A DNA stretch of 64,000 nt from Malacoraja senta. Its lineage: Eukaryota. Positions 11,405 to 22,860 of this stretch are shown here, piece after piece. Made by a program: the position numbers and the translations under genes. The notes beneath the pieces were generated by a model. The model ran no database searches. It was not told the DNA's origin and worked only from the letters and a program-made list of their open reading frames with translations. Location of the stretch: the NCBI GenBank assembly GCA_038087875.1, contig CM075997.1, positions 7,814,001-7,878,000 on the forward strand, read 5' to 3'. Position 1 is the first letter of the stretch; each line of letters opens with the position of its first letter.

Positions 11405-12940
11405 GTCTCGCGCCCCGCTAACGTCCACGGTTCGCCACCCATATGAGATGTCTGATCTAATTGTGCTCCAAGTGAACATTGTCCCTTCACAGCAGATGAA
11501 GTCCCTGGTTGAACACACTACCAAGGACCCTGCCCTGCAACAGCTTTCTGCCGTCATCCAGCGGGGCTGGCCCGACCGTCGTTCCACGCTGCCGGCTGGC
11601 GCCGTGCCCTACTTCCTGGTATGTGACGACCTCGTACTACACGACGGCGTGGTGGTGAAGGGTCACAAGGTGGTCGTGCCTGCTGCGCTGCACAACCACT
11701 ATTTTCAGGTCGCTCACCGCGGACATCCTGGGGCCGAAGCCACCGTGTCTCTCGCCCGGAGCCAGTTCTATTGGCCGGGTATGGCCAAATACATCCGGGA
11801 GAGGGTCTCCTCGTGTTCCACCTGCAACAGTCTCGCCCCCCCACCAGCAGCGCCAGCTGCTTCTGCAGCAGCCCGCCCCCGATCTGCCCTGGATGGCGGT
11901 TGCCATCGACATTTTCGAGTGGCGAGGCAAACAGTTCCTGGTTCTCGTTGACTCCTACTCCAGCTGGTTCGTGGTCGACCGGCTGCACTCCCTAACCTCT
12001 TCGGCCGTCATCGACAGGCTATGCCCTCATTTTGGCACTTTTGGCCCCCCGGCAAGCCTGCAGTCGGACAATGGCAGCCAGTTTACGAGCTCCGAGTTTA
12101 AAGCTTTCGCTTCCAGGTGGAACATCCACCATTTCACCAGCAGCCCGGAGTACCAGCAAAGCAACGGTTTGGCCGAGCGTGCCGTCCGCAGTGCGAAGAA
12201 CCTGCTGGAACAATGTCGTGGTATTAACTCCGATTTCTATCTGGCCCTCCTCAACCTCCGCAACATTTCCTGCGACTCTGCCATGGGTTCCCCTGCTCAG
12301 CGGCTCATGTCTCGCGCTACCAGACTCCCGCTCCCTGTGGCCCAGCGCTCCCTCATACCGTCTGTCCTCATGCCTGCGGCGGTCAGAAGCGCATTGCCTG
12401 CAAGCACGATGTCCAAAAGCGTTCCCATGACAGGTCCTGCCACCCACTGCCGCGCCTCTTCCCCTGTCAAGTTGTCCGTATGCAGACCCCTTCCGGTCAT
12501 TCCAAGCTCGCTACCGTCGTCGGCTCTGCAGGGTCGCTCAGGTCTTATCTTGTCGACCATGCGGGAGCCATTTACCGACGGTCCCGCCAGCACCTTCGGC
12601 TCGTCAACGAGCCGCGTCCTCCTGCCGCGGATCCCTTTGCTCCCCCACTGCCGTTTTCGCGTCAGGGCGATGTTCTGCCCGTTCTTCCTGACATGCAACG
12701 GTCTACACCACCTCAACTCCTTCCGTCTCACCCTACTCCGGCTAGCCCTCACTCGCCTGCCCGCTCTCTGCCCGCTCCTGATCCCGCATCACCTCCGGTT
12801 CTGGTGCCGCGGTCTCCTCCGTCTCCTCCCGTTTCCCCCTTTCAGGTTCGTCTGCCCCCATCGGTGCCTCTTCTTCCTGCGGACGGGAGGATGGCGAGAT
12901 GCGAACGCGGTCGGGACGTCTTGTCAAACCGCCTGTCCGC
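11405..12940 (+). pseudogene. Gypsy integrase (end of RNase H, HHCC, DDE core), frameshifted
   Basis: SRAP, AHRGHPG...YWPGM...CSTC, DIFEW...VDSYS, SDNGSQF...SNGLAERAVR. Confidence 0.92.
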
Positions 12941-15412
12941 GATGGCGATTTTGTTTAACTGTCCTAGCGCATGAGCCGTGGTCGCCCTGTCACTATTGTA
13001 TTTGCCTGTCGTTTCCAAGGGGAAGGATGTAGATGATATATGCATGTGCCTTTAACATAGTGACCTCATAACTACTAACCACTCCCCATATCACAAGTAT
13101 AACTACAACCTCCCCACCCACAGATCGCTCTCTAGTTCCTGTGACAGACCACGTACAGCTAGTGCAATATGTAATGCTCCAGTATGAATAAAGATAGTAA
13201 AGTAACGATGCCTCGTTATAGCTTCTTTACAGCTTTGCACAGTCATTTCTGATGGCTCTCCTGTAGGCCACCCTTGTGCCTGTCCCATCCAAGTCACACC
13301 TTGTGCTGCATCCTCCACTGGCCAACACCGACCTAAATCCTCCTGTGGGGGTTCTTTGTAAATCATTTTCCCCATTAGGAGTTCTAAGCTAGCGACCCTT
13401 GCAGCCATGACGTTTTCTGCTTCAGGAGGGTATTCCTCCGGGTCTGACTCATCCGAGTCAGTAGATCGGGCCGACTTCTGTCCTGCCTTGCGCCCCGCCG
13501 CCCGCGGTTTTATGGCACTTTCGACCGCAACGGGAGTTGATGGCTTCGATGCCACTAACTCCTCTGCCTGACGCCCGCTACCCTCTGGGGTTTTACCTGC
13601 GGTGCGTCCCTGGCCTCTCCTTCCCCTACGCCCTTTTTATATTGTAAGTTGTGTAGACCTCTACCAACACGTCTGGGGGAAAGAAAAGCGTGCTGTAAGT
13701 GAAAGTGAAACCACTTACCTCCGATCCTTACTTTAACTTTGCTTTTAACTCACCGCCTGGAGGAGCTCCTGCTCCTCCACACACGGTCATGAACGCTATG
13801 CGTCTGATCGATATGACGCGTGTGCGGCGGGACGGGGTCTACTTCGCGTAGTCACTCACGTGACTCCGAGGTAAAATTATAGGCAGCATGGAGTAAATGA
13901 GGTGCTTGAGGAGTATAAAAATGTAAAAAGAATATTAAGAAAGAAATTAGAAAAGCTAAAAGAAGATATGAGCTTACTTTGGCAAGTAAGGTGAAAGTAA
14001 ATCCAAAGGATTTCTACAGCGATATTAATAGCAAAAGGATAACAAGGAATAAAATTGCTCCATCGGAGAGTCAGAGTGGACAGCTATCTGCAGAGCCAAA
14101 AGAGATGGGTGAGATATTGAACAATCTCTTTTCTTCGGTATTCACCAAGGAGAATGATATGGAATTATGTGATGTAATGGAAACAAGCAGAGTAGCAATG
14201 GAAACTCAGTGAGATTCAAAGAAGAGTAGGTGCGGACACTTTTGAAAAATATGAAAACGGACAAGTCTCCAGGTCCTGACAGGATATTCCCTAGGACATT
14301 GAGGGAAGTTAGTGTGGAAATAGCAGGGGCTATGACAGAAATATTTCAAATGTCATTAGAAACGGGAATAGTGCCGGAGGATTGGTGTACTGCGCATGTT
14401 GTTCCGTTGTTTAAAAAGGGTTCTAAGAGTAAACCTAGCAATTATAGACCTGTTAGTTTGACGTCAGTGGTGGGCAAATTAATGGAAAGGATACTTAAAG
14501 ATAATATATATAAGCATCTGGATAAGCAGGGTCTGATTAGGAACAGTCAACATGGATTTGTGCCTGGAAGGTCATGCTTTACTAATCTTCTTGAATTTTT
14601 CGAAGAGGTTACTAGGGATATTGATGAGGGTAAAGCAGTGGATGTTGTCTATACGGACTTCAGTAAGGCCTTTGACAAGGTTCCTCATGGAAGGTTGGTT
14701 AAGAAGATTCAATTGTTGGGTATTAATGGTGGAGTAGCAAGATGGATTCAACAGTGGCTGAATGGGAGATGCCAGAGAGTAATGGTGGATGGCTGTTTGT
14801 CAGGTTGGAGGCCGGTGACTGTTGGGGTGCCTCAGGGGTCTGTGTTGGGTCCACTGTTGTTTGTCATGTACATCAATGATCTGGATGATGCTGTGGAAAA
14901 TTGGATTAGTAAATATGCAGATGATACTAAGATAGGTGGTGTTGTGGATAATGTAGTAAATTTTCAAAGTCTACAGAGAGATTTAGGCCAATTGGAAGAG
15001 TGGGCTGAAAGATGGCAGATGGAGTTTAATGCTGACAAATGTGAGGTGCTACATCTCGGCAGGACAAATCAAAATAGAACGTACATGGTAAATGGTAGCG
15101 AATTGAGGAATGCAGTTGAACAGAGGGATCTAGGAATAACTATGCATAGTTCCCTGAAGGTGGAATCACATGTAGATAGGGTGGTAAAGAAAGCTTTTGG
15201 TGTGCTGGCCTTTATAAATCAGAGCATTGAATATAGAAGCTGGGATGTAATGTTAAAATTGTACAAGGCATTGGTGAGGCCAATTCTGGAGTATGGAGTA
15301 CAATTTTGGTCGCCTAATTATAGGAAGGATGTCAACAAAATAGAGAGAATACAGAGATTTACTAGAATGTTGCCTGGGTTTCAGGAACTAAGTTACAGAG
15401 AAAGGTTGAACT

Positions 15413-16572
15413 TCCTTGTGAGACAAAACATTACATTTCGCTCCAGTGTCGACCTTCATTTCAATAGCATTGTTATTTACCTTAACATTGGCCATGGGCT
15501 CACTATTTTGCACGTTTTGTCTTGCAATGGAATGTGTTTGCAGAATCAAGCCATCCGCCTTAGGCTGATCGTCAGTGCTGCTATCAGATAACTCGGAGAA
15601 ATGCTCGGCCTGTAGCAGACTCACGGGTTGTTTTGTCTTCCCTCTGCTAGGCTGAGGTCTACAACATCTCCAGAAATGGTTGCGCCTGTACAGCCGTAGC
15701 AAATTTGGCCAAAATCAGGACATTTCTCCCTTTTCGCGATATGGGAGGCGCCTCTGTTATTACATTGAGGAATAAAACGTGCCACAGGTTTATCAAACTG
15801 TGTTTGCAGTGTTATCTCTTGTTTCGGTAATCTGGGAAACTGCGCTTGCATTGTTATCTCTTGCTTTGGTCGTCTGGGAAACAAATTCTGGACACTATCA
15901 ATTCCCATAGAGGAATGTTGTGCTTGTGTAAGCGTTCTGTCATGAAGAACTGACAGTTCATAGTTTTCGCAGACAGCGACAGCTCTATCCACAGTTATGG
16001 CAGGGTCACGAACAAGCTTCCTTCTTAGTTTGTCGTTAATCAGACCGCACAGTAATCAGTCTCTTATAAATTTATCCCGAAGCTTGCCAAATGTACAGTT
16101 TCTAGTAGCTTTCTTAATGCACATGCAAATGATTCAATGGTTTCACCCTCGTACTGGTTACATTAGAAGAATGTCACACTCTCAGTGAGAAGATTGGATT
16201 GAGGGTCACACAGCTGTCAAAACTTTCTTTTGAGACATTCAGGGTCGTCCGCCGATTCAGCAGGGGTGACAAATGGTTCACCACCATCGGCAGGTTGATG
16301 ACTAATTTCTTCGGCATACACAAACTGTTGCACACGTTGCATAAGCTTCATCTCCTGCCGATTTTCGGAAGGCTTCCGCCATCACTTCTGACACCATGTG
16401 TAAAGTACAGTTAACACTGAGTCATAGTACTTCATAATAAAGTTGTATAATAGTTTATCGTTTGTCATGTATTATTGTCGACCCTATTACCTCTATTGTG
16501 TATCAACTGACGTGTTGAACAAAATACTCTCAGCCAAGGTTTAGTTTATTAACACTCGAGTAACTTTAAACA
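15413..16572 (-). mobile_element. Second Mag-like Ty3/gypsy fragment: probable LTR, PBS, degenerate gag and protease
   Basis: PBS TGGTGTCAGAAGTG on the minus strand ending at 16396; probable LTR 16397-16572; gag (IRD.LLCGL...DRAVAVC, CCHC-like); protease MKVDTGAKCNVL. Confidence 0.82.
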
Positions 16573-17048
16573 TGCATGCAAACAATTGACTTCTAATAAC
16601 TTCTCATTTCTTTTACTATTTAAACTTATCACTTCTTGAATTAAATCACAAAACTCATGGCGGAGTCAGATATTACCAATATGAATGAATTGGCCGGATT
16701 CACTGTGTTGGTAGGGGGTTTGAGCTTCAAACTCAGGTCACTCCTTCTTGTGATGGTTGTTCCCGGGTTGTCGCTGCAAATGTCTCGGACCGCCCTTCTT
16801 TTATACTAACTGTCCTTCAATCTCCTAAAGGAAGCCTTTGTTCTGAATGGTCTCACAATTCTAAAGTCAAACTTTTTGAGTTGTCACTCATTCAAGTGCT
16901 GAATATACAAAACGCACCATCGTTCCTTAATTATTTCTTAATTATGTTGCCTGTTCATATTTTCATTCTCATCATACAGTTCCTTTGCAAAATGGCCATT
17001 CCCAGTCACCTGATCTTCTCAAGGACATACTGCCTAGCCATGAAGTTA

Positions 17049-17629
17049 AGGCTCTGTCTTACATGTTTGCGGTCATCGGCGGTGAAGCGCGGCGTCGCCG
17101 GTAGCGAGGACCGCGCGGCAACGGCGAGAGCGTCGAGCCTATCCACCGGAGCGCCACACGGATGTTGCGCGGGGGCCGAGTTAATTCAAACACGGCGGGT
17201 CCCACGTGCTTGCGGTAAGTAAAAAAAGGGCGGGCCGCACGTGACTCACCAGCGGCGGCTGTGGCGGCGGCCATCCTGATCGCGGCGCTGTAGCGGTGGC
17301 TGTGACTGCGGCCGCGCAGGACACGTGCCTCACTGGCGGCGGCACGTGCCTCAATGGCGGCGGCTGTGGCAGAGGAGGTTTGACGCACGGCGCTCGACCC
17401 ACACTGGCGGCGGCCCGTGCGAGCGGCCGTGCCGCACTTGTGCATCACTGGTGGAGGTTGTGCGGTGAGTATTTAGTTTTGGACATTGTCCATTTTATTT
17501 TAGCACCGCGCGGTGTTGGGAACACCGCCGCACGGCCCGGGAATTGTACTTTCTCACGAGTGCGCGGTCTATGGCGGCAGATTCTTCCCGTTTCGCCGCC
17601 ATAGACCGCAGACTCGTGAGACAGGCCTT
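17049..17629. mobile_element. PIF/Harbinger-type MITE (copy 2, opposite orientation)
   Basis: TIRs AGGCTCTGTCTTAC / GTGAGACAGGCCTT; TTA TSD at 17046-17048 and 17630-17632. Confidence 0.85.
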
Positions 17630-17994
17630 TTACTTGCAGCTCTGTTCTCACCAGATGTCCATTAGTGACCATTTTCACTGTGCTCCTTTGTTCTCCCGGC
17701 TCCAGCATTTCGCTCTGTCTGTCTCTAGCTAGTAGCATCCTCCCAAAGCCTATCGGTATACTTGACATCCAGTCCTAGGCTATATATCCCCCCCTTTCAT
17801 CCATTGAGCGTGTAGCGAATTGGATCACACTGAACCTTCGCCATATTTCCTCACACATGTAAATATCTGAGTCTTTGCCATGTTACAATTTCCAACAAAG
17901 CATAGTCTGCAAATAGTAATTATAATGCTACTCCAAAAGCATTATTTCCCTCAACTTTTATATTATCGACGTATACATACCCTGCTTGTTGCTT

Positions 17995-18905
17995 TTATAG
18001 ATGAGGCTCGCACAAGGGTCTCTTCCATACCCCGTAACACTGTTCTCTCTCCCCATCCCCCCACTCGTAACAAGCGCAGAGTCCCCCTAGTCCTCACCTT
18101 TCACCCCACTAGCCGTCACATACAACAAATAGTCCTCCGTCATTTTCCCCACTTCCAACGTGACCCCACCACTCGCCACATCTTTCCATCTCCCCCCCCC
18201 GTCTGCTTTCCGCAAAGGCCACTCCCTCCATAACTCCCTTGTCAATTCTTCCCTTCCCTCCCGCACCACACCCTCCCCGGGCACTTTCCCTTGGAACCGC
18301 AAGAGATGCTACACTTGTCGCTTTACCTCCCCCCTCGACTCCATTCAAGGACCCAAGCCGTTGTTCCAGGTGCGACAGAGGTTCACCTGCATCTCCTCCA
18401 ACCTCATCTATTGCATCCGTTGCTCTAGATGTCAGCTGATCTACATCGGTGAGACCAAGCGTAGGGTTGGCGATCGTTTCGCCGAACACCTCCGCACTGT
18501 CCTCATTAACCAACCTGACCTCCCGGTGGATCAGCTCTTCAACACCCCCTCCCATTCCGAATCCGACCTCTCTGTCCTGCGCCTCCTCCATGGCCAGAGT
18601 GAGCACCACCGGAAATTAGAGGAACAGCATCTCATATTCCGCTTGCGCATTCTGCACCCTGGTGGTATAAACATTGAATTCTCCCAATTACGATAGCCCT
18701 TGCTGTCTCCTCCCCTCCTCAGCTCTCCCTCAGCCCTCGGGCTCCTCCTCCTCCGTTTTCCTTACTTCTCCCCGCCCCACCCCACCCCCCCCCCCCCCAC
18801 CCTCCATCAGTCTGAAGAAGGGTTTCGGCTCGAAACGTTGCCTATTTCCTTCGCTCCATAGATGCTCCTGCACCCGCTGAGTTTCTCCAGCATTTTTGTC
18901 TACCT
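17995..18905 (+). mobile_element. Penelope-like element 3' part (GIY-YIG endonuclease + pLTR)
   Basis: NLIYCIRCSRCQLIYIGETKRR...RFAEH...GINIEF (18160-18696), followed by a hammerhead-type motif. Confidence 0.92.
18808..18843 (+). ncRNA. Minimal hammerhead ribozyme-like motif of a Penelope-like element
   Basis: CTGAAGA-AGGG tttcg GCTC-GAAA-CG-TT; related copies at ~39029 (+), ~48583 (+), ~49423-49450 (-) and ~49655-49685 (-). Confidence 0.65.
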
Positions 18906-19057
18906 TTGTTGCCTCTATAATTTGTCAGTTCTTGTTCTTTAATATTTCTCCTTTCTGATTTTTGATTATGTTTCTGCAGGCACAGTTGCATATTCAGCAT
19001 TCTCTCTATTAACACTTTCCAACATTTAAACATCATCAATACATACATTTGATATAT

Positions 19058-21928
19058 TGTGGTACTACCCGGTGGTTAGGCCACTTACTGTGTGACCCCT
19101 TGGCATTCTGGGGCGGAGTCACGTGACTGGGTTTGGCGGGAAGGTGTCGTCACGGGATTTAGGGGTGTGCCCTGGTATATATAATGAATCTTAATTACAG
19201 TTATTACATATTAAATAATTAAATATAGTTAATCTCCCCCCATTCGCTTGTGTGCTGATCTCCTTACTTTGTCAATAAAGATCCCTTTGTTTCACCACGC
19301 GTGGCTTGCTTATTCAGCCACCATATTGGTGACCGTGATGATCCAAAACGGTCATTTTGGATTTAAACTATGGACGCAGCCAACAATCAACCTCATCAGC
19401 CTGGGGTCGTTGTCAATCCAGCCTAGCAGAATGTTGTCTCCCTGAAGCTGTCTGGTATAACGCCAGGAGCTCCCGGTAAAAAGCGAAGTGTTCTGGACAG
19501 CGCAGCCAAGATGTGGTTCCAGCAGGCCGAGGCCCAGTTCCACATTCAATGCATCACGGCTGATGACACCCGGTGTTATTATGTGGTCGGCGTATCGGAT
19601 CAGGAGATGGCTGGTCGCCTGATCCATTACCTACGCAAGCCGCCGGATCAGGACAAATACGTGGGCCTCAAAGCACTACTGCTTTGGGCTCAGCCGTCGG
19701 GACAGCACAGCGCGACTCATGCGCATGTGCGGCCTCGGTGATCGCAAGTCGTCGTAGCTCATGAGTGAGATGTTTACCTTTATGGACGCTCATCAGCCCT
19801 GCCTTTCCTGACATCCGCCTGCTTCTCGCCCGTGAGGATTTCGCTGACCCCCTGAGCTGTGGCAGTTCAAACAGCAGGGGCGGTGCGTCGATTGAACTGG
19901 TGTCGGCGGTGCCCTGGAGGGCCCAGAGACCAGGCCCTGCATCCTCCGGGTGTTTGGCTGTGTCGCATGTCCCGGGCGACCCGGGTAAGAGGAAGTGCTG
20001 TTATTACCATCAGCGCTGGGGTTTTGCGGCCCGCGCCCTGCTCGTTTTCGGGAAATGCCGGGGCCGGCCGCAAGTAGTCGCCGTGGCAGTTGGCCTGAAA
20101 CACCACCACTACGCTTGGGATCGACATTCCTCTTGATACCAGTGCGGAGGTTAGCGTTTTGCCCCCATCGGGGATTGACACTCGTTCCGGTAAGTGGGGG
20201 CTTTCTTTCACTGAAATAAATGGCAGCCCCATACGGACGTATGGGGTTCAGACGGTCCCGATCATCTTTGACCCTGCTATTTTACCTGTACTTTTACGGT
20301 GGCCGACGTCTCCCAGGCATTGCTGGGCACATATTTCCTCCGGGCCTAATCCTTGTTGGTGGATATGCGGGGGCAACGCCTTGTTTGTGCTGCGACCTTG
20401 GAGCCAATCTCCTTACGTCATGTCACACAGTGACCCGGTGTCTTCCGCGGACAATATTTATGCACAGATTCTAGCGGACTCTCCTGACATTCTGGCCCCA
20501 CAATTTCATTTGGCCAGCCCCAAGTATGGAACGGAGCATCACATCGTCACCTCTGGCCCATCGCTCTGTGCACGGGTGCGATAGCTTCCTCCGGGCAAGC
20601 TCCGTATTGCCAAGGCGGAGTTCCACCAGTTGGAGGCCTTAGGGATTGTACGGCGCTCTAACAGTCTGTGGGCGTCCCCTCTATACATGGTTCCCAAGGT
20701 GTCCGGAGGCTGGCCGCCTTGTTGGGATTATCAACGCCACGACTGCAGACCGGTATCCGATCCCTCACATTCAGGACTTTTCCACCTATCTGGCCGGCGC
20801 CCGTTTCATCTGCAAGGTTGACCTGTTGCGGGGCTATCACGAGAACCATGTACGCCCGGAAGACGTGCCCAAAATAGCCATTATCACTCCCTTTGGGCTT
20901 TTCGAATTCCTTTCAGCGACTGATGGACATGGTGGGTCGCTGCCTGGATATTCTGTTCATTTATTTTCGATATTCTCATTGCCAGTCGCACTCGCCAGGA
21001 GCATTGTGCGCATCTCCGCCAGCTCTCTCAGTGCGCACGGCCTGGCCAGCAACCTGGACAAATGTCGGTTCGGCCTCAGTTCTATCGACTTCCTGGGCGA
21101 ACGCATTACCCAGCATGGTGCGATCTCGCTCCCGGTCAAGGTGGCGGCCATCTGGTGCCAGTTGTTTGCGGCCGTTTGCGCGGGGCTCCAAGAGTTTGTG
21201 TGTATGGTGACTTTTTACCATCTGTTTGTGCCCGCGGTGGCACTGATCATGCGGCCGTTGTTTCAGTTCCTGGCCGGCAAGCAATGGGAAATATCGATGG
21301 GACGCCGAAGCCGTGGCCGCTTTCGGTGTTGGCAAGGAGGTGCTGGCAAAGGCGACGATGCTGGTCCATCCGTGGACTACCGCCCCGAACGCCTTGACGG
21401 TGGACGTCTCTGACTATGCTGTGGGTGGCGTGCTGGAGCAGTTAATAAAGAGTGCTGGCAGCCTCTGGCCTTTTTCAGCCGGCAGCTTAAGCCCGTGGAG
21501 CGGAAAAACAGTGCTTTTTACCGGGAGCTCCTGGCGCTATACATGGCGGCTGCTCAGCTGGAGGATGCCGAGATACCCGCCTACCGCAGAGCCATCTCCA
21601 GCCTGTGCGATGTATCCACTGTTCATCCGTGGTCCATCATCCCGGCCGTCGGGTGTTCGATGTTATCCACGGGTTGGCACACCCTTCCGTCCGGGTGACC
21701 CGATTCATGTGGCATGGCTTGCGCAAGCAGGTGGTCACTTGGCCTGGGCGTGTATTCCGCGCCAGATGTCCAAAATCCAACTTCACGTCCGTGCGCCTGT
21801 TCAGGACTTTGCTCTGCCTCACCGGCGGTTCGACCACTTTCACGTGTATATCGTGGGTCCGCTGCCCCCGTCTCGGGGTGTCATGCATCTCCTTAGGGTG
21901 GTGGATCGTTTCACACAGTGGCCGGAAA
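19058..21928 (+). mobile_element. CsRn1-like Ty3/gypsy element (5' LTR, gag, PR, RT, RH, partial IN), degenerate and 3'-truncated
   Basis: LTR ~19058-19325; decayed tRNA-Trp-type PBS tggtgacc; WFQQAEAQF gag, CYYHQRWG, LDTSAEVSVLP, WASPLYMVPK, DRYPIPHIQD, VDVSDYAVGGVL, IVGPLPPS...VDRFTQWPE. Confidence 0.9.
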
Positions 21929-22430
21929 ATTGTAAACACTGCCCAGTCCATCACCAGCTCTGACCGCACCACCATTGAAAGGATTTATCAGAGTCGCTGC
22001 CTCAAATAAGGCAGCCAGCATCATCAGAGACCCACACCACCCTGGCCATACACTCATTTCACACAAGCCATTAGGCAGAAGGTACAGGAGCATGAAAACT
22101 GTAATGTCCAGGTTCAGGAATAACCTCTTCCCTAGCCATCAGGTTATTAAACACAACAACCACAAATACCATCTGAACTACAAGACTATTATTATTATTA
22201 TTATTGCATTATTGGTTGTTTTTTGTGTGTACGTATGTGTGTGGGTGTGTACACATATACATAGTATATATGTGGGTACTTGTGAGTATGTGTATATATA
22301 CATAATTAACTTTTTTTCTCTCATTCGCTTATTATATTGTTTAGTGTCCTATGTTTATATATTCTGTTGTGCTGCAACGTCAGAATTTTTATCTGGAACA
22401 TATGACAATAAAACGCTCTTGACTCTTGAC
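21929..22430 (+). mobile_element. Rex1/Babar-type LINE 3' end
   Basis: KAASIIRDPHHPGH...GRRYRS...RFRNNLFP; tail gacaataaa..tcttgactcttgac. Confidence 0.8.
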
Positions 22431-22431
22431 A

Positions 22432-22860
22432 TTGTACTCACTGGAATTCAGGGATTCACTGGAATTTAGAAGGATGAGAGGATCTCCTATAAAAATATAC
22501 AGTATAAATTTCTTGAGGGCTTCGATGGGCTTGATGCAGGAAAAATGTTCCCGATGTTGGGAGAGTCCAGAACCAGGGGTCACAGGTTAGGAATAAGTGG
22601 TCGGGCATTTAGGATTACGATGAGGAAAAACCTTTTCAGCCAGAGTTGTGAATCTGGAATTCTCTGCCAATTCACTGGATGTTTTCTAGAGAGTTAGATC
22701 TTGCTCTTAGGGCGAACAGAATCAAGGGATATGGGGAATATGTGAATGGGGTACTGATTTTGGATGATCAGCCATGATCATATTGATTGGCAGTGCTTGC
22801 ACGAAGGGCCGAATGGTCTACTCCTGCACCTATATTCTATTGTTCTATATTTCTATTGTC
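22432..22860 (+). mobile_element. CR1 3' fragment
   Basis: YSLEFRR/RTRGH region, 3' hairpin and (ttctattg)n tail. Confidence 0.85.

Larger units (their letters stand above)
10739..13231 (+). mobile_element. Internally substituted Ty3/gypsy (Mag-like) LTR retrotransposon carrying a host gene fragment
   Basis: LTRs 10739-10942 and 13028-13231 (TG..CA, 204 bp, about 5 differences by eye); TSD GCTTT at 10734-10738 and 13232-13236; PBS TGGTGTCAGAAGTGGGAT (tRNA-Leu) at 10943-10960; PPT aaggggaagga before the 3' LTR. Confidence 0.95.
9669..13555 (-). pseudogene. DIRS gag-like ORF1 split by the LTR element (13555-13232 plus 10738-9669)
   Basis: ...EMTVQS joins YYSGWPTGEP... in frame after removing 10739-13231 and one TSD; WPTGEP repeats; C-terminal part (YEPPVNCELLTVPAVN...LFGENL) resembles DIRS gag. 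Confidence 0.8.
5657..13877 (-). mobile_element. DIRS1-type tyrosine recombinase retrotransposon, full length with two nested insertions
   Basis: gag, RT, RH/MT and YR ORFs; inverted termini 5730-5770 vs 13810-13850; internal complementary region 5883-5994; no TSD, with an AAT/ATT core at the junctions. Confidence 0.95.
4135..15412 (+). mobile_element. CR1 subfamily B element (ORF1 3' part, EN, RT) interrupted by the DIRS element at 5657-13877
   Basis: ORF1 4135-4584, EN 4590-5462, RT 14230-15412 (YADD). Sequence either side of the DIRS joins as in the uninterrupted copy at ~54840-54880 (gagatctacaataattatagg). Confidence 0.92.

Noticed and set aside
15413..16572. Missing gag-PR half of the TMED-carrying element
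   Set aside because: Shares a tRNA-Leu-type PBS but the adjacent LTR sequence is unrelated, so it is a different family
16573..17990. Unique-looking DNA around the second MITE, with TATAAAAG on the minus strand near 16800
   Set aside because: No convincing ORF, splice pattern or homology recognised
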